A stretch of 64,000 nt of DNA from a virus, in the IMG/VR virus record IMGVR_UViG_3300032093_000074, positions 1 to 64,000 of that record; one strand, written 5' to 3'. The notes below the pieces were generated by a model that worked only from the letters and a program-made list of their open reading frames with translations, made no database searches and had not been told where the DNA came from. Every line of letters begins with the position of its first letter. Position 1 is the stretch's first letter. Shown here piece by piece: positions 37,466 through 46,492 of the stretch. A program made the position numbers and the translations under genes.

Positions 37466-37804
37466 ATGGCTGTAGGCGACAGGACTGAGAAACGGCTTGT
37501 CGGGCCGGTTGCTTTGACGAACGCTAATGCTTCGGTTGGTTCGGCTGTGCCTTCGGCAAGGGTGTGGGTTATCAAGCAGTTCGCTATCTGCAACACGGAT
37601 GGTTCGGACAGAGTGTTTTATTTGGCGGTGGGGTCGGCTGCGACGGCTGCGAACCGGATTTTTTCTGCGTTGCCGATTGCTGCGGGTGACACGATTATTT
37701 GGGATACGGCGTTGACGATGACGGCGACTGAGCAGTTGTTCGGGTATGCGGATACTGGGTCGGTTGTGACTGTGACTGCTGTGGGTTGGGAGAAGGAAGT
37801 CTAG
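37466..37804 (+). CDS. Small beta-sandwich virion protein
   Basis: AGGAG RBS; VIKQFAICN..VTVTAVG.E pattern. Confidence 0.65.
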   Translation: MAVGDRTEKRLVGPVALTNANASVGSAVPSARVWVIKQFAICNTDGSDRVFYLAVGSAATAANRIFSALPIAAGDTIIWDTALTMTATEQLFGYADTGSVVTVTAVGWEKEV

Positions 37805-38439
37805 TGGGGGTTTCTAACGGTATTGGCGGCACTATCGGGGCGTTGCCTCCTGGTGTTGTGATGCCGTATGCGGGTCCTTCTGCTCCTGCGAACTGGTTGT
37901 TGTGTGGCGGGCAGGCGGTGTCTCGCACGGATTATGGCTCGTTGTTTGCTGTTATTGGGACAACGTATGGTTCAGGCGATGGCTCGACCACGTTCAATGT
38001 TCCTGACCTTCGTGGTCGTGTTGTTGCTGGCGAAGACGACATGGGTGGGACTGCCGCCAACCGTTTGACTTCAGGTGGTTCCGGTATTACGGGGACAACA
38101 TTGGGGGCTAGTGGTGGTGCCCAAACGCATACGCTGACCTCGGCAGAGATGCCAAGCCATACGCACGTTCAAGATTCGCACAACCACACCCAAAACGCCC
38201 ATAGCCACGGACCAGGAAACGAAACAAGATTCGTCACTAACAGCGGGCAACTTATTGCCGGTTTGACTGCGGGGAACGCTCTGTACAGCCCATTTAATGC
38301 TTCCACATCAACAGCAAACGCAACAGCAACCAACATTGCTACTACCGCAACTAACCAAAACACGGGTGGCGGTGGGGCGCACAACAACGTGCAGCCGACG
38401 ATGGTTATGAACTACATCATTAAAGCGAGCAACTACTGA
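37804..38439 (+). CDS. Tail-collar domain short fibre
   Basis: PGVVMPYAG..PANWLLCGGQAVSRT..GDGSTTFNVPDLRGR. Confidence 0.9.
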   Translation: MGVSNGIGGTIGALPPGVVMPYAGPSAPANWLLCGGQAVSRTDYGSLFAVIGTTYGSGDGSTTFNVPDLRGRVVAGEDDMGGTAANRLTSGGSGITGTTLGASGGAQTHTLTSAEMPSHTHVQDSHNHTQNAHSHGPGNETRFVTNSGQLIAGLTAGNALYSPFNASTSTANATATNIATTATNQNTGGGGAHNNVQPTMVMNYIIKASNY

Positions 38440-39164
38440 TGCCCATCTCTAACTATGTTCCGACCTCTGCGATTGCCCGTCCTGGGGTGTGCACCAGCAC
38501 GACTCGTCCTGCCAGCCCTTTTGAGGGGCAGGTTATTTATGAGACTGACACGGACCTGATTCGGGTGTGGACTGGTGCGTTGTGGGAAATCGTTATCAAC
38601 ACAACAAAAACGTATGCGAATGAAGCAGCCCGTAACGCTGCAATCCCGACTCCGTACGAGGGCTTGGAAGTGTATTTGACAGCACCTACTGCCCCTGCTG
38701 CTACGGGTGGTTCTACGTTTATCCCTGCTGGCATCAAGACTGTGTATGACGGGTCTAACTGGGTATGCGTAACCGAGGTGTCTGCCCGAACCGACACGTC
38801 AGGCACAGTTGATGTGAACCCTTGGGTTGCTCTCACGGGTGGTGGTACGGCTCCTACTGTCACGCTCACGACGGGGACAAAGGCGTTGGTTACCTTGCAA
38901 TCACGGGTTGTTTGTTCCGTCACATCAACGCAGTTGTTTTACCTTGGCGTTGTCGTTACGGGAGCAAGCACAATCGGTGTCAATAGTTATTGGTCAACAG
39001 GCAGACCGTCGTCAAATACCAGTGACCAGTATATTAATGGGAGTTTTATTGTGACAGGTTTGACCCCTGGCTCTAACACATTTGGTATTCAATATGGGCG
39101 CACCAATGTTGGTGGTGCTGTTACTTTTGCTGACCGACAGATTACGGCTGTGGGGTTGTTGTGA
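38439..39164 (+). CDS. Putative adhesin, allele of 119..700 with different C-terminus
   Basis: First 39 aa near-identical, then unrelated; second anchor-like repeat AARNAAIPTPYEG. Confidence 0.7.
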   Translation: MPISNYVPTSAIARPGVCTSTTRPASPFEGQVIYETDTDLIRVWTGALWEIVINTTKTYANEAARNAAIPTPYEGLEVYLTAPTAPAATGGSTFIPAGIKTVYDGSNWVCVTEVSARTDTSGTVDVNPWVALTGGGTAPTVTLTTGTKALVTLQSRVVCSVTSTQLFYLGVVVTGASTIGVNSYWSTGRPSSNTSDQYINGSFIVTGLTPGSNTFGIQYGRTNVGGAVTFADRQITAVGLL

Positions 39165-39850
39165 GTATTTCGTCGTCTGCTACAGGGCTAAAGCCTGGGG
39201 TTTGCACCTCGACCACCCGACCCACCAACCCGTACCTCGGACAGATTATCTACGAGACTGACACGGGCTATCTGCGGGTGTGGGACGGGGCAAACTGGGA
39301 CTATCTTAGCCAGAAGCAAGACGACACCGTTGGTCTTGGACCTGTCGGCGGCTTGGTGTATATCAACACGCTCACACTTTCCAGCGTGGCTACAGGGTCA
39401 ATCAACTCCGTTTTCAGTTCCACATACCAAAACTACCGCCTCGTCATTCGGTCAGGAGCGGCAAGCGCAAACACGGCGCTTTTCATCCAGTTCCGAGCCG
39501 GGGCCACCGCCTACACCACAGCCGACCAAGACTATGGCTTAGTGGGAATCAACATGGCGACCGGCGCAGCCGACAACGCATCCAGCGGCACAGCCGTAGG
39601 AATGTACATCGGCAACGTGCCAACCACAGCCGGACGGCACCTAGCAATCGTTGATATTACAAACCCATTTGAAACAACCTTCACCGTCTCATCCATTGAC
39701 GCAATCTTCCAAGACTCCGGTGGCGCTCTTTCTAGAAGGGGCGGCGGGATAGTGCCAACCAGCACAAGTTACGATGGCTTTCAAATCACAACAAACGGAG
39801 CGCCGACCGTTTCAACCGTGTGCCGCATTTACGGTTACCGCAACTCGTGA
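39161..39850 (+). CDS. Putative adhesin, allele of 697..1254 with different C-terminus
   Basis: First ~48 aa near-identical, then unrelated (VFSSTYQNYRL..SYDGF..RIYGY type). Confidence 0.7.
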   Translation: MSISSSATGLKPGVCTSTTRPTNPYLGQIIYETDTGYLRVWDGANWDYLSQKQDDTVGLGPVGGLVYINTLTLSSVATGSINSVFSSTYQNYRLVIRSGAASANTALFIQFRAGATAYTTADQDYGLVGINMATGAADNASSGTAVGMYIGNVPTTAGRHLAIVDITNPFETTFTVSSIDAIFQDSGGALSRRGGGIVPTSTSYDGFQITTNGAPTVSTVCRIYGYRNS

Positions 39851-40650
39851 TTTCTGTAATCACCTGCACCTATAACACCCCACCAGACGTACTCGCCCGC
39901 ACCTGGGCCTCCCTCAAAAACCAAACCCACACAGACTGGGAATGGGTCATCCTCGACGACAGCCCAGGCTGGGAAACCCACCGCCAACTCTACGGATACT
40001 GCGCCGACGAACGCTACCAAATCCGCATCTACCGGCCCCACACCCCCAGCAACGGCAACATCGGAGCCGTCAAACACGATGCCTTCATGCTCGGCAGAGG
40101 CGAACTCCTAGTCGAACTAGACCACGACGACGAGTTGACCCCCGACGCACTCACCACCATCCAACAATACGCAGACAAAGTACCCTACTCAGGCTTCTTC
40201 TACTCCGACTGGTGCGAAATCCTCCCAGACGGACAATCAGGCCGCTACCCCGACGGCTGGGCCTTCGGATACGGCGACCACTACTGGGACGAAACCCACC
40301 AAGTCTGGGCAATGAAAGCCCCCGAAATCAACCGCACCACCCTCTCCCACATCGTCTCAGCCCCCAACCATGTACGAGTCTGGCGCAGCGATGTCTACCA
40401 CCGGCTCGGAGGACACAACCCAGACCTCCCCATAGCCGACGACTACGAACTCTGCGTACGCACAGCCCTCGCCACCCGCATGACCCACATCCCCAAAATG
40501 CTGTACAAGCAACACATCGGGAACCACACCGCCCAACGCCAACGCAACGGCCTGATACAACAACTTGTCGCCGAGATCAGCTCGACCCATGCAGCTGACA
40601 TCGCCCAGATATACCGCGATGTAGAGACGCCGGCCCCCTCAAAAGAGTAG
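39847..40650 (+). CDS. Glycosyltransferase family 2 (allele of 1251..2027 with new C-terminal tail)
   Basis: Near-identical to copy 1 until 40562. Confidence 0.9.
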   Translation: MISVITCTYNTPPDVLARTWASLKNQTHTDWEWVILDDSPGWETHRQLYGYCADERYQIRIYRPHTPSNGNIGAVKHDAFMLGRGELLVELDHDDELTPDALTTIQQYADKVPYSGFFYSDWCEILPDGQSGRYPDGWAFGYGDHYWDETHQVWAMKAPEINRTTLSHIVSAPNHVRVWRSDVYHRLGGHNPDLPIADDYELCVRTALATRMTHIPKMLYKQHIGNHTAQRQRNGLIQQLVAEISSTHAADIAQIYRDVETPAPSKE

Positions 40651-40660
40651 ACTCCGACCC

Positions 40661-41284
40661 ATGAACCGTGGCGAGCTCCGCACCGAAATCAAAAACCGGT
40701 TAGCGATCCCCTCCTCCGGCGACGGACTCATCACCGACACCGTCGTCAACCAGGCGATCACCGACGCCCTGAACGTCATGGTCACCACCCGAGACTGGCC
40801 GTGGCTTGTCGCCAGCCAACAACTCGCCTTCCCCGCCAACATCAACTCTGCCGAACTGCCCTGCGACTTCGTCCGAGCGAAAGAGCTTGTCGTCAACGGC
40901 CAACCCGTCCCATACGTCGACCTCAACCAGTTCATCAACACCGCCGACTACTCCGGCTGGCCCTACCAGTGGACAATCGTCGGCAACCAGGTGCAGATAT
41001 CGCCGACATCGAGCCAAATGATTCTGGCGACCATGTACTACTACAAGACCGAACCCGAAATGACCGTAGATTCTCAAGAACCGGTCATGCCAGGCTTCCT
41101 CCACCAGTGGATCGTCGCCTACGGAGCGTACCTGTGCGCCCTACGCCGGCAAGACGAGGGCCGCGCAGCTGTCTACATGGCCCAATCCAACGATCTGATG
41201 AACCGGATGCGGGACGATGTCCGACGCAAAACTGGCCGGAAGATCCAAGTCGCGCCCCGCGTCTCCTACGCTAACTGGCAGTAA
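40661..41284 (+). CDS. Head-tail adaptor of phage B, leaderless
   Basis: MNRGELRTEI, INQA-like helix, DWPWL, LPCDF motifs; TAGACT -10 box 7 nt before ATG. Confidence 0.7.
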   Translation: MNRGELRTEIKNRLAIPSSGDGLITDTVVNQAITDALNVMVTTRDWPWLVASQQLAFPANINSAELPCDFVRAKELVVNGQPVPYVDLNQFINTADYSGWPYQWTIVGNQVQISPTSSQMILATMYYYKTEPEMTVDSQEPVMPGFLHQWIVAYGAYLCALRRQDEGRAAVYMAQSNDLMNRMRDDVRRKTGRKIQVAPRVSYANWQ

Positions 41285-42921
41285 TGGCTACCCGCATCGT
41301 CGAATGGGACGACTTCACGGGCGGCTTCTATGTTGGGCCGTCAGCTACGAAGCAGCCCCGCAACACGTTCACCGGCGACAACGTGGCGGTCGCTATGGAC
41401 GACGCGACCCTGATCCCGATGTACGAGCCAACGCAGCTCACCCTGACCGGCACCGACACCGCCTCGGGCCTGATAAACAACACTGGCCTCACTGAGATCA
41501 GCAAGCCGGCCTGCTTGGACCGGATGATGGTGTTCACCGCCAAAACCGCGTCAGTTGCCTACCTGTATGCGATCAACACCGAGACTAGCGCCGTCACCCG
41601 TTTCACCCTCACGCTGGCAGGCAGCGTTGCCGATTTTGTTATCTCCACCCCAGTAATGATTAACAAACTGGGGAGCACCAACATTGACATCTACGTTCCT
41701 GGCGACCTCAACCGGATCATGCTTGTCGGCATTGGTGGAACCGGCACATTTGGCACCCAAGTCAACGTTGACATCACTGCGCTCATGACCGCGACCGGCC
41801 AAACGAGGCTCACCAACCTTGTCATTTGGGGAGCCCGGATGATCGGCTGGACAACCTCCGCATACCTGTTCTTCAGCGGAGCAGCAGCTTTCAGCACCAC
41901 ATGGGCGGCCACGAACTACATCATCATCGGATACGCCGAAGATTCCATCTCGACAATCACTGCCCGCAACTACGACCTGATCGTCGGCAAACCCTCCGGC
42001 TGGTTCTCCGTCACCGGCGTCCTCTCCTACTCGGCAGCAGTACGCCAGATCAACAACGGCCTCGGCGTCATCCCCACCGACCCCGTCGCCGAATGGAACA
42101 ACAGCGTCGTATTCAACGCTGACACCGGCACCGTCAACTACCCCGTCAACCTGTACACCGTCAACGGGGCCCGCGTCACCCCCATGATGTTCCAACGCTT
42201 CAGCACGTTGACCCAAGAGCTCAACATGTCCAAAGGCCCCCTCGGAACATTGCAGGTTTGCCTCACCAACCAAGACTCGTCGACCGCGCTGTCCGGCAGA
42301 ATGTGGCTTCTCAACCAGCAAAACCGTTGGACGAAAACGCAGATCCCGAACGTCACTGGCATCACCCCAGCGACCGGCACACTGTCCTACTACCCAGGCC
42401 TCGCCTACGTTTCGCGGAGCACCGTCTCCATCCAACGCCCCATCCTTGTCATGCAGGTCAGCAAAACTACAGCAGGGGCACTCAAGGTCGGCGTCCACAC
42501 CGTCAAGCTCCCCACCTTTGAACCAGGCCAGACAGCATCCCGCGCCCCGTCAACCGCTACCGCGCTCCTATCCGACTTCAGTTCGCAGGTCCCGATCACC
42601 GTCAAAGACGTATTCGTGGAAGTAGAAGTAGTCGAGCTGGAAACTGCTAGCGCCTACACAGCGGCCAGTTCCGTCGCGGTACGCACCAACATGAAATATC
42701 CCATTGGGGACCTTGCCGTATCGGTCGGTGACGTGTCGTCTACCAACATGACGACATCCATCACCAATAGCGACATCCCAGGCACCGGCACCCGTTTCAT
42801 GGGCCGTGTCTACCGTTTCAGGCCCGACAACCCTGGCTACGGCTACGGGATCGAGATCCAGATCACGTTCTCCGGCGTCAAGGTCCGGCGCGTCATGGCC
42901 GTCATTGAGGAATACAAGTGA
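41284..42921 (+). CDS. Putative tail nozzle/stabilisation protein
   Basis: DFTGG..NV N-terminal motif; beta-rich; follows adaptor. Confidence 0.6.
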   Translation: MATRIVEWDDFTGGFYVGPSATKQPRNTFTGDNVAVAMDDATLIPMYEPTQLTLTGTDTASGLINNTGLTEISKPACLDRMMVFTAKTASVAYLYAINTETSAVTRFTLTLAGSVADFVISTPVMINKLGSTNIDIYVPGDLNRIMLVGIGGTGTFGTQVNVDITALMTATGQTRLTNLVIWGARMIGWTTSAYLFFSGAAAFSTTWAATNYIIIGYAEDSISTITARNYDLIVGKPSGWFSVTGVLSYSAAVRQINNGLGVIPTDPVAEWNNSVVFNADTGTVNYPVNLYTVNGARVTPMMFQRFSTLTQELNMSKGPLGTLQVCLTNQDSSTALSGRMWLLNQQNRWTKTQIPNVTGITPATGTLSYYPGLAYVSRSTVSIQRPILVMQVSKTTAGALKVGVHTVKLPTFEPGQTASRAPSTATALLSDFSSQVPITVKDVFVEVEVVELETASAYTAASSVAVRTNMKYPIGDLAVSVGDVSSTNMTTSITNSDIPGTGTRFMGRVYRFRPDNPGYGYGIEIQITFSGVKVRRVMAVIEEYK

Positions 42922-43649
42922 CCGAAAGGTTCAACGCCAACTCCGAAGGCACCAACATCAGTTCGTCGGGCATTGGCCCCGCAGGCTCTGGCAGCAGCCT
43001 TGTCGCGTTGGGCCTCGGCCAAGGGCCAGGGCAGACCGCCAACAATCAGGAAAACAACCAGTTCGCCCAGTTTGAGTACCCGATTAAATGGGATGACGTC
43101 GCTAACGCCCTCGGCCGGCTCGGCGAGAAACAGAAGGTTGACGAGTTACTGGACGACATGTCGACCCGCGACCGCGTGTTGGAGGACTTTCTCAACACCA
43201 ACGTAGTGAATGGTATTGTCGCAGGATCGCGGGTGACCATTGACCGAGCCGCAGGCGTCGTCACAATCACCGCCACCGATCAGATCGCAGCTCTCGGCGC
43301 ATGGACAACTTTCACGCCAGGCCTCACTGGGCAGCTCGGCGGCGTCGCCACGATCACAAACAACGCATCGGCTTACATCAAGCTTGGGTCCATTGTCATT
43401 GCGCGGGCATCCTTCACAGCAACGTTTGCTGTAGCGCAATACCCCACAACGATGACGAACTTCCCGTTCAGCATCAAAGCAGCCGGCGCAGCAGGCACAA
43501 CCATCGGCACAGGCTACTCCCGTTTTGACATCACCATGTTTGCGCCAGCATCAGCAAGCACCACCGCCTCAATCACAATCAACCCCGGCACACCGTCAAA
43601 CCAGCTCGTTTGGAACACGACAGCAATCACCACCTACGAAGCCGCTTAG
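42918..43649 (+). CDS. Putative tail fibre/adhesin
   Basis: C-terminal W..FTP..YIKLG..TYEAA domain resembles C-terminus of 697..1254. Confidence 0.55.
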   Translation: MTERFNANSEGTNISSSGIGPAGSGSSLVALGLGQGPGQTANNQENNQFAQFEYPIKWDDVANALGRLGEKQKVDELLDDMSTRDRVLEDFLNTNVVNGIVAGSRVTIDRAAGVVTITATDQIAALGAWTTFTPGLTGQLGGVATITNNASAYIKLGSIVIARASFTATFAVAQYPTTMTNFPFSIKAAGAAGTTIGTGYSRFDITMFAPASASTTASITINPGTPSNQLVWNTTAITTYEAA

Positions 43650-43689
43650 CCCGTAGAAAAGTCCTCGCCTTTGTGCAACGATTACCCCC

Positions 43690-43920
43690 ATGTTGTTCAG
43701 GACAGCCTTCGTTGCCATCCTTTTCGCCGCCATCCTCGTCGCCTGCGGTGACCGCTACCGCTACCCCTGCCAAGACCCTGCTAACGCCAACACCCCAGCC
43801 TGCGCCGGCCTCGTCATCGCCCCGCCAACCACCTGCCCTACCCCGACCACGCTCCGCACCAAAAACAAGGCACTAGGCGTCACCGGCAGCACCATCTACG
43901 GGCCCGCAGCACCATGCTGA
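43690..43920 (+). CDS. Small lipoprotein
   Basis: Signal peptide with lipobox LVAC; Cys/Pro-rich (RYRYPCQDP). Confidence 0.7.
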   Translation: MLFRTAFVAILFAAILVACGDRYRYPCQDPANANTPACAGLVIAPPTTCPTPTTLRTKNKALGVTGSTIYGPAAPC

Positions 43921-44198
43921 ACCGCGACCGAACCCGCCTCACCCCCGAGGATCTCAACGCTCGACTCCGATTCGCAGTCGGCCTCACCCTCGCCGGAGTC
44001 CTCGCCTTCACAATGGGCGCTGTGCTCTACTCGTTGATCTACGTTACGCAGCCAATGGAGCAAAGCCCCAACGACAAAGCGTTCTTCGATCTCATCACCC
44101 CGATAGCCACGTTCCTCGTAGGCACCCTGTCAGGCGTGATGGTCGCTGGCAATAACAACCGGAAGGACAAAACCAATGAAACTGACAGCAGCACATAA
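43914..44198 (+). CDS. Two-TM membrane protein
   Basis: Two hydrophobic helices flanking QPMEQSPND. Confidence 0.7.
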   Translation: MLNRDRTRLTPEDLNARLRFAVGLTLAGVLAFTMGAVLYSLIYVTQPMEQSPNDKAFFDLITPIATFLVGTLSGVMVAGNNNRKDKTNETDSST

Positions 44199-44382
44199 AG
44201 CCCTAGTGGCCTCCTACGCCCGATCCGTAGTCGGAGCTGGCGTCGCCGCCTACATCGCTTCCGGCCAAGACTGGAAAGCCGCCCTCAACGCCCTGTGGGC
44301 TGCCGCGCTGCCAGTCATCATGCGCTACCTGAACCCCGCCGACACCGCGTTCGGAAAGGGCTCAGCCAATGGCAACGGGTAA
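44176..44382 (+). CDS. Putative holin
   Basis: SYARS..AALPVIMRYLNP.D.AFG actinophage holin-like pattern. Confidence 0.7.
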   Translation: MKLTAAHKALVASYARSVVGAGVAAYIASGQDWKAALNALWAAALPVIMRYLNPADTAFGKGSANGNG

Positions 44383-44962
44383 GCAGCCGCTGCGTCGCAA
44401 ACTCCGGCTCGCCGTCGGGAAAAACAAAGGCATCCCAGCCCGGAGCCTTGTCATCCCAAAAGAGTTAGAAAAATACCCGAGAGGCGAAATCCCCGAGGAA
44501 TACCTGAAGAAAGTCAAAACCGGCGGGAAGCTCTACCACCACGCCGCCGACGCCTTCAACAACATGTACGACCATGCGATGTCCGAAGGGATCAAGTTCC
44601 GTAACATCGGCGACTACCGCCCCAAAGCCCAAGTCGAGGCCCTGTTTCTTCAGCGGTACAGCCTCAAAGATCAGGGACGCAAACCGCAGATCACTCGCAA
44701 ATACCAAGGCAAAACATGGTATTTGAAGCCTGGCATGGCCCCGTCTGCGTCACCCGATAGCGGAAGCCCCCACGATGTCGGCGTCGCCATTGACCTCGGC
44801 GAAGACAAGAAAGGCCAGCTGGTGCCCCTCACCGAAAAGGCCCGCCTCTGGTTGTGCGCCAACGCCCCGGCTTACGGCTTCACACTTCAAAGCCTGCCCT
44901 ACCTAGACAACGGGCAAGCCAACCCCGAACACGAATGGTGGCATTGGCAGTGGGCGAAATGA
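44369..44962 (+). CDS. Endolysin, M15/VanY-type peptidase
   Basis: YRP..Q, SPHDVGVAID, EWWHW motifs; homolog of 7933..8571. Confidence 0.85.
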   Translation: MATGKQPLRRKLRLAVGKNKGIPARSLVIPKELEKYPRGEIPEEYLKKVKTGGKLYHHAADAFNNMYDHAMSEGIKFRNIGDYRPKAQVEALFLQRYSLKDQGRKPQITRKYQGKTWYLKPGMAPSASPDSGSPHDVGVAIDLGEDKKGQLVPLTEKARLWLCANAPAYGFTLQSLPYLDNGQANPEHEWWHWQWAK

Positions 44963-45210
44963 ACGCCGCATGGTCTGCTATTGTAGTAGCAGTCATAGGC
45001 GGCCCCCTGATGTGGCTGTTGTATCGCTTGGATAGGCGCAACACTCAGCAACACGGCGAGTCAATCAAAATCATCCAAGAGGTTCAACGCGACGTGAAAG
45101 ACGTAAAAGGCGACATGCACGACGTCAAAGCTGACGTACGCGATTTGAAGTCTGACGTGCGACGCCTCGACAAAACCGTCAAGCCCACCAGGATCAAGAA
45201 AACCGCCTGA
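44959..45210 (+). CDS. Membrane protein with heptad coiled coil
   Basis: N-terminal TM; DVKGDMHDVKADVRDLKSDV repeats. Confidence 0.7.
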   Translation: MNAAWSAIVVAVIGGPLMWLLYRLDRRNTQQHGESIKIIQEVQRDVKDVKGDMHDVKADVRDLKSDVRRLDKTVKPTRIKKTA

Positions 45211-46007
45211 TGTCCGCGTCGTCCGACTACCTCGCCGCGCTGGAAAAGCTTGCCAAAGACAGCTACGACGCTAAGCAGGCGCAGCTCGCCCAGCAGCTCA
45301 AAGCCGGCGCTTCAGGCACGTTCGCCAAAGACGAATCCGGTAAGACCACCTACACCCCTGGCACCACCGGCGTCCTTGACGTCGGGTACCAGCGTGGCAA
45401 AGAACGGCTGTCAGCAGGCGCGGAAGCAGCAGGGATGCTCCGTTCGGGGCAGGCAGCTGTCGGTCAGCAGAACCTCGCCGGCGACTACTACCAGTCGGTC
45501 ATGGACCTGTACAACCAGATCGCAGGCCAAGAGGCGACGAACACCGCCGACTACAACAAGCAGCTCGCCGACTACCGGATCAAGTACGGCACCGTCCCCG
45601 AACCCGCTCGGGATACAACCGCCGACAGCGGCAACCGCATGACACTGCCGCCAGGCACATCGACCGCGATGCCGGCCCCGTCGTTCACCCCAGCGACACA
45701 GGCACAGGCCCCTGGCGTCAACAAGGCTACGCGCACCGGCGTCAACCTTGACCAGCAGGTCGGGGCAACCTTGTTCGGGTCACAGGGCCCTTACAGCACT
45801 GGCGACGCGACAGTCCAGCAGGCGATCAACGACGTATTCAGCGGCCGCACAATGGCCCCTGCTCCCGCCCCTGCCCCACGTCCTGCCGCTCCGCGCACAC
45901 CGACGCCACCCAAAGCGCCAACGGCCCCCAAGCCACCCACACCACCGAAGCCACCGACACCGCCCAAGCCCCCAGCAGCTAAAACCCCAGCAAAGAAGCT
46001 CCGCTAA
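45210..46007 (+). CDS. Putative internal virion protein, Pro-rich tail
   Basis: Coupled ORF; GMLRSG motif; context. Confidence 0.55.
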   Translation: MSASSDYLAALEKLAKDSYDAKQAQLAQQLKAGASGTFAKDESGKTTYTPGTTGVLDVGYQRGKERLSAGAEAAGMLRSGQAAVGQQNLAGDYYQSVMDLYNQIAGQEATNTADYNKQLADYRIKYGTVPEPARDTTADSGNRMTLPPGTSTAMPAPSFTPATQAQAPGVNKATRTGVNLDQQVGATLFGSQGPYSTGDATVQQAINDVFSGRTMAPAPAPAPRPAAPRTPTPPKAPTAPKPPTPPKPPTPPKPPAAKTPAKKLR

Positions 46008-46492
46008 TGGCATTTAACCCTTTGACGAACCTCGCCGAAACCGGCGTAGCTAACTTGAAGCGCCGGCGCGGCGAAGTTGGTGGCATCGCAGAAGCGGTCA
46101 ACCCGACGCTCCGTGGCATTGAAACCGCATCAGGCATGGTCCCTGGCGCAAACGTGCTGCAAGCCAACTTGCGGAATGTAGACGCGCTTGCCCCACAGCA
46201 GGCGTATATGGAGTCGCAGGCCTCAAGCCTGCCGAACTACGTCAACGCTGCCCGCGCCTACCAAAAGTTCTTGGAAGACGAAGCTGAGAAGAAACGCAAA
46301 GCGGGGAGCGGCAGCGGCGATGGTGTGGGCGGTATGGGCATGACCGGCAACGAACAGCCAGACTTCAACCTGCCAGATCCAACCGACTACATGGCGGTTA
46401 TAAACGCGATCATTGACGCTCGCCGACGCCTTGGAACCGGACGCCGCTCAACATACACTCCCTCAACCTCACGAATGGCGAGCGAATACTGA
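46007..46492 (+). CDS. Putative internal virion protein
   Basis: Coupled ORF. Confidence 0.55.
   Translation: MAFNPLTNLAETGVANLKRRRGEVGGIAEAVNPTLRGIETASGMVPGANVLQANLRNVDALAPQQAYMESQASSLPNYVNAARAYQKFLEDEAEKKRKAGSGSGDGVGGMGMTGNEQPDFNLPDPTDYMAVINAIIDARRRLGTGRRSTYTPSTSRMASEY

Larger units (their letters stand above)
38321..40562 (+). repeat. Copy 2 of duplicated fibre/adhesin/GT2 module
   Basis: See 1..1966; offset 38320 at the left edge. Confidence 0.95.

Noticed and set aside
119-39850. Diversity-generating retroelement or shufflon acting on adhesins
   Set aside because: There is no reverse transcriptase or invertase, no inverted cassettes and no adenine-specific TR/VR pair; the differences are whole-domain replacements.
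38321-40562. Simple terminal redundancy of a single circular genome
   Set aside because: The copies contain scattered SNPs and unrelated internal blocks, and the downstream sequence belongs to a different phage.
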